Notes under the pieces: generated by a model | The model's input: only the letters and a program-made list of their open reading frames with translations | Databases searched by the model: none | Told to the model about the DNA's origin: nothing | Shown: in pieces, positions 44,636 through 54,235 of the stretch | Position numbering within the stretch: the first letter of the stretch is position 1 | Layout: each line of letters begins with the position of its first letter | Made by a program: the position numbers and the translations under genes | Source: a virus | Taxonomy: Duplodnaviria; Caudoviricetes | Reading direction: 5' to 3' (one strand) | IMG/VR virus record: IMGVR_UViG_3300029985_000050 | Coordinates: 1-56,130 of that record | DNA length: 56,130 nt

Positions 44636-44961
44636 CGATGGGCTCCTGGGTACATGGATGCCGTGCGAGACGGCGTGTCGTTGGGCTGGTGATCGAGGCG
44701 GAATTCGCAGAGGGAGAGGCGGACAGAGTGGTCGGCAAACTGGGCCTGGATTTTCGCGAGGTCCTTCGCGTAGATCTGCTGCGTGACCAGCCCGATCCCG
44801 AGGACCTGGAAGCCGAGGTAGAGGCCGGAGACGACGCCCCCGACGACCTTCGCGAGGAACCATGTCTCGGAGGCGAGGATTTCGGAGGGACGGCGTTTCG
44901 GCTCCCGCGCTTCGAGGCGCTCGGCTGGGTCCGGAAGCATGGCCGCACTGGCTGGATTCAC
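44632..44961 (-). CDS. Single-TM protein upstream of endolysin (holin or antiholin candidate)
   Basis: AGGAGG RBS; TM VVGGVVSGLYLGFQVLGIGLV. Confidence 0.5.
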   Translation of the reverse strand: MNPASAAMLPDPAERLEAREPKRRPSEILASETWFLAKVVGGVVSGLYLGFQVLGIGLVTQQIYAKDLAKIQAQFADHSVRLSLCEFRLDHQPNDTPSRTASMYPGAHR

Positions 44962-44989
44962 CGCTCGCCCTCCTGGTGTAAAAGTACTC

Positions 44990-45301
44990 TCACCGCGCCT
45001 TCCGCGCCGTGTCTTGCGAAAGGTGGTAGACGGCGAGGTCGTAGGTCGTCTGAGCCTGCACGGTGCGGTCCCGAGCCTTCGCGTGCTGGTCCGCAGCGGA
45101 GGAGTCCAGGGAGTGGGCCTCGCGCAAGAATCCGGCGGCGAGGGTGCTGTCGGCCCGGAAGCGGGCGAGGGCCAAGGAGTCCGAGATCCGGAACTGGATG
45201 AGCCCTGCGCCTCGGTTGTCTGCGATGTCCCCAACTGCGGACAGCTTATCTGTGGCCCCGGCGAGGGCGGCGAGGGTCAGGAGGAGGGCGAGGTGTTTCA
45301 T
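44990..45301 (-). CDS. Small secreted helical protein (paralog of 32801-33043)
   Basis: MKHLALLLTLAALAGA signal; AAGGA RBS. Confidence 0.8.
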   Translation of the reverse strand: MKHLALLLTLAALAGATDKLSAVGDIADNRGAGLIQFRISDSLALARFRADSTLAAGFLREAHSLDSSAADQHAKARDRTVQAQTTYDLAVYHLSQDTARKAR

Positions 45302-45312
45302 GTGATTCCTTT

Positions 45313-47823
45313 TCAGAGCCATTTGGAGTTCGCAGCATTCCATGTCAGATTCCGACTGCTTCCTGCGGTCAGGGAAAAAGTAGCGACAAGGTTTGAGGAC
45401 GACACCACGCAGGTTGCCGGGGCATTCTGGATCAACGTCAACTGCTGCCCGTCCACCGTTCCGTTTGGGATCGATGTAAGCGTGGTTGGATTCGATGAGC
45501 CCGGCTCCAGCGAGATTACCGAATAGAGCGCTGATACCGTGACATTTCCGAGTGTCGCAGAGGTATTGCGATTGTAGGATTGCCTAGCAACAATCCCATT
45601 AAATGTTACAGGTTCGGTGAAATTGAAACTTGCGGTATTCCAATTTGCTTCTTGGATTCCTGCTGCTAAAATATAACCACTACTGGATGCAGATGAATTT
45701 AAGTTTGGAGAGCCTGTCGCATCAAACAATATTCCAAAATCCGTCGCGTTTGAAGCACCATTCTTTCCAGAAAGTCCAACCCAGCCATATGTTGAGTTAT
45801 AGTTAGCTGTCCCAATTGCAGCAGTACCACCTATTACTTCGCCTCCAGTGCTCGCAGCCCCTTGCGCAGAGATGTTCCCATTCGGCGCGGAGATCGCGGT
45901 GCCTGTAGCATTGGACGTGATTGCTCCACCAGATCCAACCGCGAACACCGTAGACGATCCAGCCAAATCGACTTGCAGAGGGTTGCCAGTGTATCCGCTC
46001 GGCATCGCAACAATCAATCCACCACGGGACGACGATTGCATGTTAGAGTACGCACCGACCAACGCGCCGTAGGTTCCGGCGCTCGCGCCCAAAGCCCCGG
46101 CTGAATTGAGATTTGCTCCAAGTGTATTGAATAAATTGCCAGTAATCGTGACTCCTGTCGTATTGAATAAGCCAACAGTAGATCGATTGACATTGATTTG
46201 GACGCCTTGTGAGATAGATCCCTCGATAGCAGTCAATCCACCATTGAACAGGATTCCCGCACTGTACGTCCCCGAACCACTATTGTATGTATTCGATTGC
46301 CCAATCCATCCAATCCCCGAGGACCCGGCCCAATCCGCAATCCTAACATCTGATAGACCTCCAACAATGACGGGAGCCGTGAGGGTGCCTGTAGCGGTCG
46401 GATTGGCGACGGGGAGATAATCCGTATTTGCCACAGCATTGCCCAGCGTGGACGAGCCGGTCCACTTGGTCAGCGCCCCCGTGGTGCCTCCAGAGAGTGC
46501 GGGTTGGAACGTGGATTGCGGAATCGTGGAGCCATTCCCGAGGACGAGATTCGTCCCAGAGAGCGTCGAGACAACACCAGAGGTCAGGACCGCCGTGCCG
46601 GTGCCGGAGCCGATGGTCGTGGTTCCGTTCAGCGTCACCCCAGAGGTTGACGCCGATAGTGCGATGAACGAATAAACGCTCCCGATTGCCAGCGAGAACG
46701 TAGTCGCCGCCTGCGCCTGGATGGAGCCTGGCGACGTGATATCCATGTAGGTCGGCGCAGCCATCACGCCGTTTTCTGTGCCTGCTGTAATCGAGTTCCC
46801 GCCAGTCGGCCCGAACCAAGCCCCGGATCCGCTTGCGACAGCCGTGCCCATCCCTGCGTTGCCGCCGACCACGACCCCGTTCGCGAGCGCCGATGCATCT
46901 GTTGAGGTGAGCGTCCCTGCCACCGATGGGGAGGCGGACCAAGTCGGAACGGCGCCCACGCCTGCTCCAACCAGCATGGTTCCGGTTGCTCCGGAAGTGA
47001 CTCCCATGGACCCGGAGGTGCTGGTGAAAAGGCCGGTATTAGCGCCGGAGAGCGTGAAGGCCGGTGTCGTCACGGTCCCGGTGAATGTCGGAGAAGCAAC
47101 TGAGGCCGCCCCGATTGCCGCTGGAGTGATCGTGGCTGTGGAGACCGCGGTCACGAGCCCCTTGGCGTTGACCGTCACCACCGGCACCGTGGAGGCCGCA
47201 CCGTAGCTCCCCACGTTGCTGTTGACCGTAGCGAGGGTGAGCGCAGTGGAAGCATTCCCCGAACCATCTACCGACATGGATCCGGTGGCGTCACTGGTCC
47301 ACGCTAGTGTGCGAGGCGTGGTCCACTTGGCCGCGCTGCCCGTGGTGTTGTTCGCTAGGGTCGCGGCTGAGGCGTCCACGATCTGGGCGGAGGCGTTGGT
47401 CCCCACGATGGTCTTGGAGGCCGGTACTGCCGCGCCGTTGACGGCAACCACGGTCGTCGGAATCGAGATGTTTGCGGAACCATTGAAGCTGGTCGCTGTA
47501 CCCACAGCGTCCCCACTGGTCGCGATGGTCCGTGGAGTTGTGAGGGTGGCCGCCGACCCGGTGGTGGATTGGTTCCACGTCGGCACCGTCCCCGTCAGGC
47601 TGGAGTAATTGATGAGCTGGTACGTCGGGGCAATCCCGATGCCGTTGGAGCCGAGGAACGTACCCGATGCCCCCGCTGGGAGGTTCGTCGGTGCGCCGTT
47701 GGTCGTGCCGGCCCAGATGTCCCCCGTGGTCAGGAGCGGATTCGGATTCCCGCCCACGGCTGAGGTGATCGACGTGGCTCCGGCGATGGAGCCCAGAGCG
47801 AGAAGGAGTTTCAGGATGCGCAT
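45313..47823 (-). CDS. Tail-fibre/adhesin-like Gly/Thr/Ser-rich protein with N-terminal signal peptide
   Basis: MRILKLLLALGSIAGA; fibre-type repeats (TSFNGSANISI, GSYG..VPVVTVNAKGLVTA); follows the baseplate genes. Confidence 0.7.
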   Translation of the reverse strand: MRILKLLLALGSIAGATSITSAVGGNPNPLLTTGDIWAGTTNGAPTNLPAGASGTFLGSNGIGIAPTYQLINYSSLTGTVPTWNQSTTGSAATLTTPRTIATSGDAVGTATSFNGSANISIPTTVVAVNGAAVPASKTIVGTNASAQIVDASAATLANNTTGSAAKWTTPRTLAWTSDATGSMSVDGSGNASTALTLATVNSNVGSYGAASTVPVVTVNAKGLVTAVSTATITPAAIGAASVASPTFTGTVTTPAFTLSGANTGLFTSTSGSMGVTSGATGTMLVGAGVGAVPTWSASPSVAGTLTSTDASALANGVVVGGNAGMGTAVASGSGAWFGPTGGNSITAGTENGVMAAPTYMDITSPGSIQAQAATTFSLAIGSVYSFIALSASTSGVTLNGTTTIGSGTGTAVLTSGVVSTLSGTNLVLGNGSTIPQSTFQPALSGGTTGALTKWTGSSTLGNAVANTDYLPVANPTATGTLTAPVIVGGLSDVRIADWAGSSGIGWIGQSNTYNSGSGTYSAGILFNGGLTAIEGSISQGVQINVNRSTVGLFNTTGVTITGNLFNTLGANLNSAGALGASAGTYGALVGAYSNMQSSSRGGLIVAMPSGYTGNPLQVDLAGSSTVFAVGSGGAITSNATGTAISAPNGNISAQGAASTGGEVIGGTAAIGTANYNSTYGWVGLSGKNGASNATDFGILFDATGSPNLNSSASSSGYILAAGIQEANWNTASFNFTEPVTFNGIVARQSYNRNTSATLGNVTVSALYSVISLEPGSSNPTTLTSIPNGTVDGQQLTLIQNAPATCVVSSSNLVATFSLTAGSSRNLTWNAANSKWL

Positions 47824-47835
47824 GGTGGGATCCGA

Positions 47836-50800
47836 TCAGGATTTGAGGAGGGCGACAGATGCTGTCGTGGCGGAAAGCCAAGTGATCGCGGCTGTGTAGT
47901 ACTGCGAAAGCGTCATGTCCGCAGCTAGAAGGACGGCGGATCCAGAGGCCACGCCAGCGGTCTTTCCGTTTTGGTAGAACGTGTACCCGGAGATGGTGAA
48001 TGTCACGGCAAAACTTGTCGTGCCTTGCTTGAAAATAACCCGCGAGGTTGACCCGATCAGAGGATTGGAGAACGTGATCGTGGTCGCAGCAGTTAGGGCG
48101 CCGGGCACCCCGGATGCTCCAATGAGTACCGTCCCCCCATTCGCGAGGTTTGCGGAGATCGCTGTCCCGACCGCGATGGTTTGGACGGCTTGGGATAACT
48201 GATCGGAGGTCAATCCGCCATTTGCATCGCGCACGGCTACCGAGGATGCCGTGCCTGTCGCGGAGGCCGGGACCGCGACTGGCGTCGCTGCAGACCCTGT
48301 AAGGTTTCCCTCCACGCTGTTGGCCGCAAGGTTCGCTTGTTTCGCCAGAGTGACCGTCCCCGCTGGGATCGTCATGGCGAGCGACCCCGCCGTATTGGTC
48401 GCGTCGCCCGTGTGTGCTGGCTCCATCGCGGCGGTGATGACTGTGCTGGTGGCGTCGATGATCTGCCCCGAGGTGTTGGTCCCGACGAAAGCCTTGGAGA
48501 CTGGTACTGCCGCGCCGTTGACCTGCGAGGCATTGATCGTGCCCGTCACCTGCCCGATGGGGAGGGAGAGCACGGAGAGCGTCGTCAGTGTCGAGTTCGA
48601 CGTGGCCGTGATGTTCGCGGCTGTGCCAGTGGTGCTCTGGTTCAGGGTCGGCACATCCGCGGCGACCATCGCACGAAAGGATGGGTTTCCCGCGGATCCG
48701 TTCGGCGCCGCGTAGAAGTAGTTCGCCGTCTGACTCCCGAACGTTGTGTTCAGGTCAGAGCCTACCGCGATGGACGGCGTACCCAGGGCCGTGAGGTTCT
48801 TCAGGAGCCCTGTGGCAAGCCCGGCCAGACTGACGCCGTTGATTCGGTTGACCGCAGTCGCGTTGATCGTCCCCGTGACGTCGCCAAAAAAGGAGGGAAT
48901 GTCGCTGTTCACGATGGCCCGGAGGCTCGGGACCCCGCTGGCCCCGTTGGGCGTGGCCCAGAAGAGGTTCTCGGCGGCGCTGGTGAAGGCTGGAACATAG
49001 GCGGCGTACGAAAATGTCCCGGATCCATTGTTCGTCAGGGCACCAGCCGTGTTCGCCAGGGAGCCGAACGAGGTCACGTTGGCCGGAATGCCGGTCAGCG
49101 ATCCCCACGCCCAGGTGGTCGGGAAGGGCTGCCATGACTTGTCGCCGCGCCAGTACTGCGCCGTGGTGCCAGCGGTGATCGCTGGTTCTGCCCCCACCTG
49201 CGCCGCCGTGTAGTCGCCGGTCGTGGCCGCGACCGCACCAGTACGCCCGAAGACGGAGGTCACCGCACCGGTCGGGGTTGTCCAGACCCACGCGGAACCG
49301 TTCCAGTTGGGGTACCCGACCGTCAAAGATCCAAGCGAGTGCCCCAACAATCCTGAGACGATGGGGCCTGGATAGCTCCCCGAGAGATCCCCAGAAGCCG
49401 TCCCCGATGGCGGGAAGGATGCCGTGGTCTGTGTGGTGACCAACCACTCCGCGATCTGGTCCATGGTCAGCGTGTTGCCCCCGGCCGCGCTCCACTGGAC
49501 GGACTCCTGAAGGATGTTCGCCGCCGTGGTATTGACCGTCGCGACCTCGTCCACGTTGAGGCGCTGGTAGATCGGGTGCCCCTGGTAGTAGCCGCCGTCA
49601 ACCTCCAGGAAGCCCTTGACCTTGACTGTAGCCGTTGCGCCGATGGCGGTCTGTGCGAAGACGCGGAGGTCCGTCCGGAATTTCACCGCACCGCCCGCTT
49701 GCAGGTAGGGAACCGTGGTCCCGGCAAGCGTCCAGGAGACCAGTGTCGTGCCGCCCATGGAAACGGTCTGGTTCAGCGTGTTGGCGAGCGTGGCCCAGGA
49801 TCCAGTACCATCCCATTCAAGCGCGTAGACGAAGCCGGGCCCCTGGTTCGCGCTCGGGATCGTCGGAATGGAGGGCGTGAGGCTGGTCAGCGTGGTTGTG
49901 GCGACCGTGATCGGCGTCGAGCTGGAGTAGATCGCACCGCCCGATCCGCCGCCTCCCCCGCCACCAGATACGCGAGCCGAGTCCGCATAGAGCGCCCACC
50001 CCGAGCGTTTCGCCGTGTCCGCGATGTGGGAGGCGCGGGCGGAATCGACATCGAAGGCGGACGGCGAAACGAGAGATCCGGTTCCCGACACGAGCTGAGA
50101 GGACGTACCGCCAGTGGTCGCGTAAGCCTGTGCGGAAATCATCCCTGTCGGGGTAATCGAAATCGGCGTCCGTTGGGTCCCACCAACCAAGCTCGTCAGG
50201 GAAAGATTGCTGCCGGTGGCCATGAGCTGGAATGTCCAGGCTGATCCAGTCGGAGCAGGGTCTTGAATGTTCACGTCGGGGCCCGCGCCAATGGCATCAG
50301 ACGCCGTGCGATTGGCGGTCAGCACGATACCGGTAACCGAATTGGAGAACGTCGCTGAAGTCCCTCCAAGCGGGCCAGTTAGTGTTCCGCCCGACAAAGG
50401 CAGGTAGCGCCCGATAAGCGTCCGCAGGGCCGAGGAGGTGTCCGCCAGCAGGATGCGCGCGAGGGCCATGGAATCGGCCTGGAGGGTCCGGAGCGTGGTT
50501 GCGGTGTCGGAGATCAGCATATCGACCTGCCCCGCCGTCTGCCAGCCCTGGGAGTTCGCGGCGAGGCTGTCTCCGATGAGGGGGGATGCCTGGGCGGAGT
50601 CCAGGTAGTACCCCGCGTAGTCGCTCCGCTGAGGCACTACAGGCCCAGTGCGCCCGGCGAACGAGGAGACGCCTCCGCCCCCGCCACCGCCCGTGATCGG
50701 CACGCTGGTGGCGCTGGTAATGCGCCCGAAGGAGTCCACTGTGCCCTGGAAGACATGGGTCGCGTCCCCGTACGCCCCCGGCGTGACGCCGGAGTAGTTG

Positions 50801-50991
50801 AGGAAGATGGTGTCACCGGAGCGGCGCAGACCCGTGCCGACATTCCACACGGAGTCGAGGTACATGAGATCCACCGGAGCGCCCGAGGTGGGGCGGTGGA
50901 GCACGAAGGTTCCTGGGCCGGTGGGAGACTGGGCCAGGGCCGCCGCGATGGTGAGTAGGAGTGCCCTGAGAGGTCCCTTAAGCACCGACAT
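47836..50991 (-). CDS. Tail-fibre/adhesin-like protein with N-terminal signal peptide
   Basis: MSVLKGPLRALLLTIAAALAQ; GVTPGAYG..TVDSFGRITSA, VTSVFGRTGAV, GDLSGSYPGP repeats. Confidence 0.7.
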   Translation of the reverse strand: MSVLKGPLRALLLTIAAALAQSPTGPGTFVLHRPTSGAPVDLMYLDSVWNVGTGLRRSGDTIFLNYSGVTPGAYGDATHVFQGTVDSFGRITSATSVPITGGGGGGGVSSFAGRTGPVVPQRSDYAGYYLDSAQASPLIGDSLAANSQGWQTAGQVDMLISDTATTLRTLQADSMALARILLADTSSALRTLIGRYLPLSGGTLTGPLGGTSATFSNSVTGIVLTANRTASDAIGAGPDVNIQDPAPTGSAWTFQLMATGSNLSLTSLVGGTQRTPISITPTGMISAQAYATTGGTSSQLVSGTGSLVSPSAFDVDSARASHIADTAKRSGWALYADSARVSGGGGGGGSGGAIYSSSTPITVATTTLTSLTPSIPTIPSANQGPGFVYALEWDGTGSWATLANTLNQTVSMGGTTLVSWTLAGTTVPYLQAGGAVKFRTDLRVFAQTAIGATATVKVKGFLEVDGGYYQGHPIYQRLNVDEVATVNTTAANILQESVQWSAAGGNTLTMDQIAEWLVTTQTTASFPPSGTASGDLSGSYPGPIVSGLLGHSLGSLTVGYPNWNGSAWVWTTPTGAVTSVFGRTGAVAATTGDYTAAQVGAEPAITAGTTAQYWRGDKSWQPFPTTWAWGSLTGIPANVTSFGSLANTAGALTNNGSGTFSYAAYVPAFTSAAENLFWATPNGASGVPSLRAIVNSDIPSFFGDVTGTINATAVNRINGVSLAGLATGLLKNLTALGTPSIAVGSDLNTTFGSQTANYFYAAPNGSAGNPSFRAMVAADVPTLNQSTTGTAANITATSNSTLTTLSVLSLPIGQVTGTINASQVNGAAVPVSKAFVGTNTSGQIIDATSTVITAAMEPAHTGDATNTAGSLAMTIPAGTVTLAKQANLAANSVEGNLTGSAATPVAVPASATGTASSVAVRDANGGLTSDQLSQAVQTIAVGTAISANLANGGTVLIGASGVPGALTAATTITFSNPLIGSTSRVIFKQGTTSFAVTFTISGYTFYQNGKTAGVASGSAVLLAADMTLSQYYTAAITWLSATTASVALLKS

Positions 50992-51754
50992 ACAGCACCC
51001 CGAAGATGTGTGCGCCAACATTCGCGGGCCACATGAGCGTCAAATTGCTTCCCCCAGACCCGTCTCCGTATGCAGGCGAGAGCGTGATGTCATACCCACC
51101 GAGAAGGTGCGTCGTGACCGGAAACATGGTTGGTGTTGCCGCCTGGGAGAACATGCCCATGATAACCCCCTTGGGTACGGAAGATGCGACGGCCTGCCAG
51201 GCCAACCACTGAGCTTCAACAATTCCAGCCATATTTATGCCGTAGTGTACGGGGTGGGATCCAGCTCCGGTACCAGTCGCCATCGCGGGAATGTCGACAT
51301 CCAGGTAGAATACGTTCACGGACAGTTGGTTGAGGCGGACCTTGGCATTGCCGACGGCCAAATCTGCTCCAGAGTTCCCTGCCGCAACCGCTGTGCAGGG
51401 CACCGTGTAGATGCCTACACCTCTGGACAACACGACTTCTGCGGCTTCTGCTCGGGTCGTCTCTGCGGTCACCAATGCCGTAGCGGATACCAGTGCCGCC
51501 GCTGCCGCGCCCGCCGCGTCGAACGCCGAAGATGCTTGCGTCGCGGCGGACCCGAGCCCCAGGTTCGCCTGCGCTGCCGTCGCGCTCACGATGTCGGACA
51601 GGTTGTTCGCCGGCTGAAGAGTGCTCGCCAGGAGTTGCGCAAGTGTCACCTTGCGGCTGGTGGGGGCGGACTGCGACAGCTGCTGAAACTCCAAGAGGTC
51701 CGTCGCCGGCGTGAGCACCGTCGCGGCAGTCAAATCCTGAATTCTGTAGCCCAT
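50978..51754 (-). CDS. Baseplate-proximal tail fibre or adaptor protein
   Basis: RIQDLTAAT..SRKVTL, ANNLSDI..AQANLGLG motifs; position. Confidence 0.6.
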   Translation of the reverse strand: MGYRIQDLTAATVLTPATDLLEFQQLSQSAPTSRKVTLAQLLASTLQPANNLSDIVSATAAQANLGLGSAATQASSAFDAAGAAAAALVSATALVTAETTRAEAAEVVLSRGVGIYTVPCTAVAAGNSGADLAVGNAKVRLNQLSVNVFYLDVDIPAMATGTGAGSHPVHYGINMAGIVEAQWLAWQAVASSVPKGVIMGMFSQAATPTMFPVTTHLLGGYDITLSPAYGDGSGGSNLTLMWPANVGAHIFGVLYVGA

Positions 51755-51756
51755 GG

Positions 51757-52314
51757 TTAGCCCCCCACCAGTCTTGTTTGAAGGTCATCTGTAACTCGCA
51801 CCGTGCCGTCGTCGGTGATGCGGAAGTCCGTGAAGATCAACTGCACACCCGCCGGCACTGCCGATGGCCGAATCTGCGCCACGGTGATCCCCGGGATCGC
51901 CCCCGTACCATAGAAAGCATACACCTTGGCGGGCTGCACTTCTTGTAGGATGATGGGGGCGACGCCGCCCGCCACTCCGCGGATCGCCGCGATCAGCTGC
52001 TCGGGTGTGCCGGAGGTTGCCTTCAGCGCCGCTGTCTGGACGGTGATCCGATACGCGGAGTCCGTCGCGCCGTTGCGCAAGGGTGCCCCGAAGATCGCCC
52101 CAAGCATGTCCAGCTGCACTCCGATGGCCGTGGCCATGTCGAACGCCGTCAGCAACTCCTGGATCGCGTCCTCGACCAAGTTCATCTCCGAGGCCAGCAT
52201 CGAGATCATGTTCGTGATCCGCGAGGGCGTCGTGTCGGTGCGCCACTTGTACTGCTCCAGGAGAAGCTCCTGGAGGTCGTTGTGGTCGACTGGCTGGATG
52301 GGTTCGTCGCTCAT
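51757..52314 (-). CDS. Baseplate wedge protein (DUF2612-like)
   Basis: LLEQYK..DMATAIGVQLDMLGAIFG..D..YR; follows baseplate J. Confidence 0.75.
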   Translation of the reverse strand: MSDEPIQPVDHNDLQELLLEQYKWRTDTTPSRITNMISMLASEMNLVEDAIQELLTAFDMATAIGVQLDMLGAIFGAPLRNGATDSAYRITVQTAALKATSGTPEQLIAAIRGVAGGVAPIILQEVQPAKVYAFYGTGAIPGITVAQIRPSAVPAGVQLIFTDFRITDDGTVRVTDDLQTRLVGG

Positions 52315-53846
52315 AGCGTACCGTAGGCGATGTAGGTGCCGTTCGGGATCTCCGCCACGTTTCCGGGGCCGAGCACGATGGGCCCTGCGACGTAGGTGCT
52401 GCCGTCTGTGGAGACCGTCACCTGCGCGTTTCCGATCCCCGGCACCGTGTAGATGGGGGCCAGGAACCTCGGCGCGATCACGTCCTTGCCTGCGGTGAAC
52501 TCCGCCGCCGCCCACGCGAGAATTGCGGTCGTGATCGCCGCGTTGCCTGGGAAGGACTCCTCGGTGTAGAGGTCGTAGAGCACCTTCACCCAGATGAGCG
52601 TCGCCGTCGGAATGTTGAAGGAGACGTTGTGCAGGGTCCCTTGGGAGTCCGGCACCGAGCGCGTCGTGTTGCCCCCCGTGGCGATGCCTGCGGGTTTGCT
52701 GGCCCACACCGCGTTGGCGATGGCCTGGGGATCTCCGCCGACCACGGTCGCCGTCACGGAATGCGCTGGGGTGTAGGCGTCGATCGCCGTGTCGCCGTCG
52801 TTGGAGGACACCGCCACGGTGGAGACACCGGCCACGTTGTCGTAGATGTAGGCGGTCATGGCGGCGGGAGTGGAGAGCCCAAGGCCGATCTGTTGTGCGC
52901 GGCGCAGGCGCAGGGCGTCGTCGGTCTCCACGTCGCGACCAGGAACGCCGGGCACGAGGTTCGTCACGAAGGCCCAGCCGGTCTGCGGGGAGACGATCGC
53001 CGTCAGCTCGTTGATCGCCACGGTCTGGGCGCCGGTCACGTTGCAGATGAACGAACCCTGGGAGCCGATGAGATCCGTCGTCCACTGCGAGTTCGAAGGG
53101 TTAGCCGACGAGTAGGAGTACGGGGTCATCGGGTGCTGAAGCCGAAGGACCACGCCCGTCGGGAACTGCTCACCGCCAACCGCGTCCGTCGTCGGGTACT
53201 GGATCACGCCGCTGGACCAGACCTGGGCCACGCCAGGAAGCGTCGGCGGTGTGGGGGTGCCCCAGGTGCCTGCGTTGATCGCGATGGCGAGCAGATTCAT
53301 CGTGTTGATGGCCCGCGTCGTGGCGTCCGCGTCCGAGGTCGCGGTCACGGAGAAGCTGCCGAACGATGTGACCAGCGTCACCGTGGCACCGATCGCTGGC
53401 ACGGTGCCGAACGACAGGTAGAGGTCCTGGCAGGAGCCCGACGAAATGACGGCGTTGGTGGATAGGGAGAATACCACCGCCCCCCTCACCCGTCGGGCCG
53501 TGCTGCCAGAAGGAATCGTTACCCCGTCGTTGGCGGGGAGAGCGTAGAGATTCGCGTACACCGTGGACTCCGCCGCGGCGATACGCACGACGCCCGTGTA
53601 GGTGCAGATGCGGTCCAGGGCCGCACCGGAAGCCTGTGCCGGATCCATGGATGCATAGACCTCCTGAGTCGCGTCCCACATGTCGCCCAGACCTGCGGCC
53701 TCCAGGCCCAGGAGCTGTCCCGTGGGGCCTTCGGCGGAGGTGTCGATCGTCGGGCCGAAGAACGAGACCATCGCGGCGTTGAGGCTGGAGAGGATCTGCT
53801 GGAGCGTGCGGGCGACGAAGCCCGTGGCTGTGACGTAGGTTCCCAT
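52311..53846 (-). CDS. Baseplate J/gp47-like protein
   Basis: ASGAALDRI, GRDVETDDALRLR, IANAVWASKPAGI. Confidence 0.88.
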   Translation of the reverse strand: MGTYVTATGFVARTLQQILSSLNAAMVSFFGPTIDTSAEGPTGQLLGLEAAGLGDMWDATQEVYASMDPAQASGAALDRICTYTGVVRIAAAESTVYANLYALPANDGVTIPSGSTARRVRGAVVFSLSTNAVISSGSCQDLYLSFGTVPAIGATVTLVTSFGSFSVTATSDADATTRAINTMNLLAIAINAGTWGTPTPPTLPGVAQVWSSGVIQYPTTDAVGGEQFPTGVVLRLQHPMTPYSYSSANPSNSQWTTDLIGSQGSFICNVTGAQTVAINELTAIVSPQTGWAFVTNLVPGVPGRDVETDDALRLRRAQQIGLGLSTPAAMTAYIYDNVAGVSTVAVSSNDGDTAIDAYTPAHSVTATVVGGDPQAIANAVWASKPAGIATGGNTTRSVPDSQGTLHNVSFNIPTATLIWVKVLYDLYTEESFPGNAAITTAILAWAAAEFTAGKDVIAPRFLAPIYTVPGIGNAQVTVSTDGSTYVAGPIVLGPGNVAEIPNGTYIAYGTL

Positions 53847-54235
53847 CAAATGCTCCCTTGGACGGCTGTGCCGTCGGTGGCGATGGCGGAGAATTTCACG
53901 TAGAGCGTCCGCGTCGCGGAATTCAGCGTGCAGACGACGGAGACCACCGAGGCCACGCCGGGCACGAGCGCGATCTGCGCTGCGAAATACCTCTGGAGGG
54001 TGGCGAGATTCGGTCCCTTGATGAGTACCTGCCCGACGTAGTCGATCCCGATGGAAGGGTCTTGGTACCACTCGCCCAGCATGGTGCGTAGCCGGGTGAT
54101 GACCGCCTGGGCCACGACGGCGTTGGTGACTTGGTGGAACTTCAGTTGCCCGGTGGGATCCAGGTAGAGGTCGTACATCGGCGTGGCGATCGTGGGGTCC
54201 ACGGCGTCGATCCCGAGGGCGATGGTCGTGCTCAT
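53846..54235 (-). CDS. Baseplate wedge/sheath initiator (gp25-like)
   Basis: QAVITRLRTMLGEWYQDPSIGIDY motif. Confidence 0.75.
   Translation of the reverse strand: MSTTIALGIDAVDPTIATPMYDLYLDPTGQLKFHQVTNAVVAQAVITRLRTMLGEWYQDPSIGIDYVGQVLIKGPNLATLQRYFAAQIALVPGVASVVSVVCTLNSATRTLYVKFSAIATDGTAVQGSI

Noticed and set aside
45313-51754. Diversity-generating retroelement or invertible tail-fibre shufflon
   Set aside because: No reverse transcriptase, TR/VR pair, invertase or inverted crossover sites seen in the window
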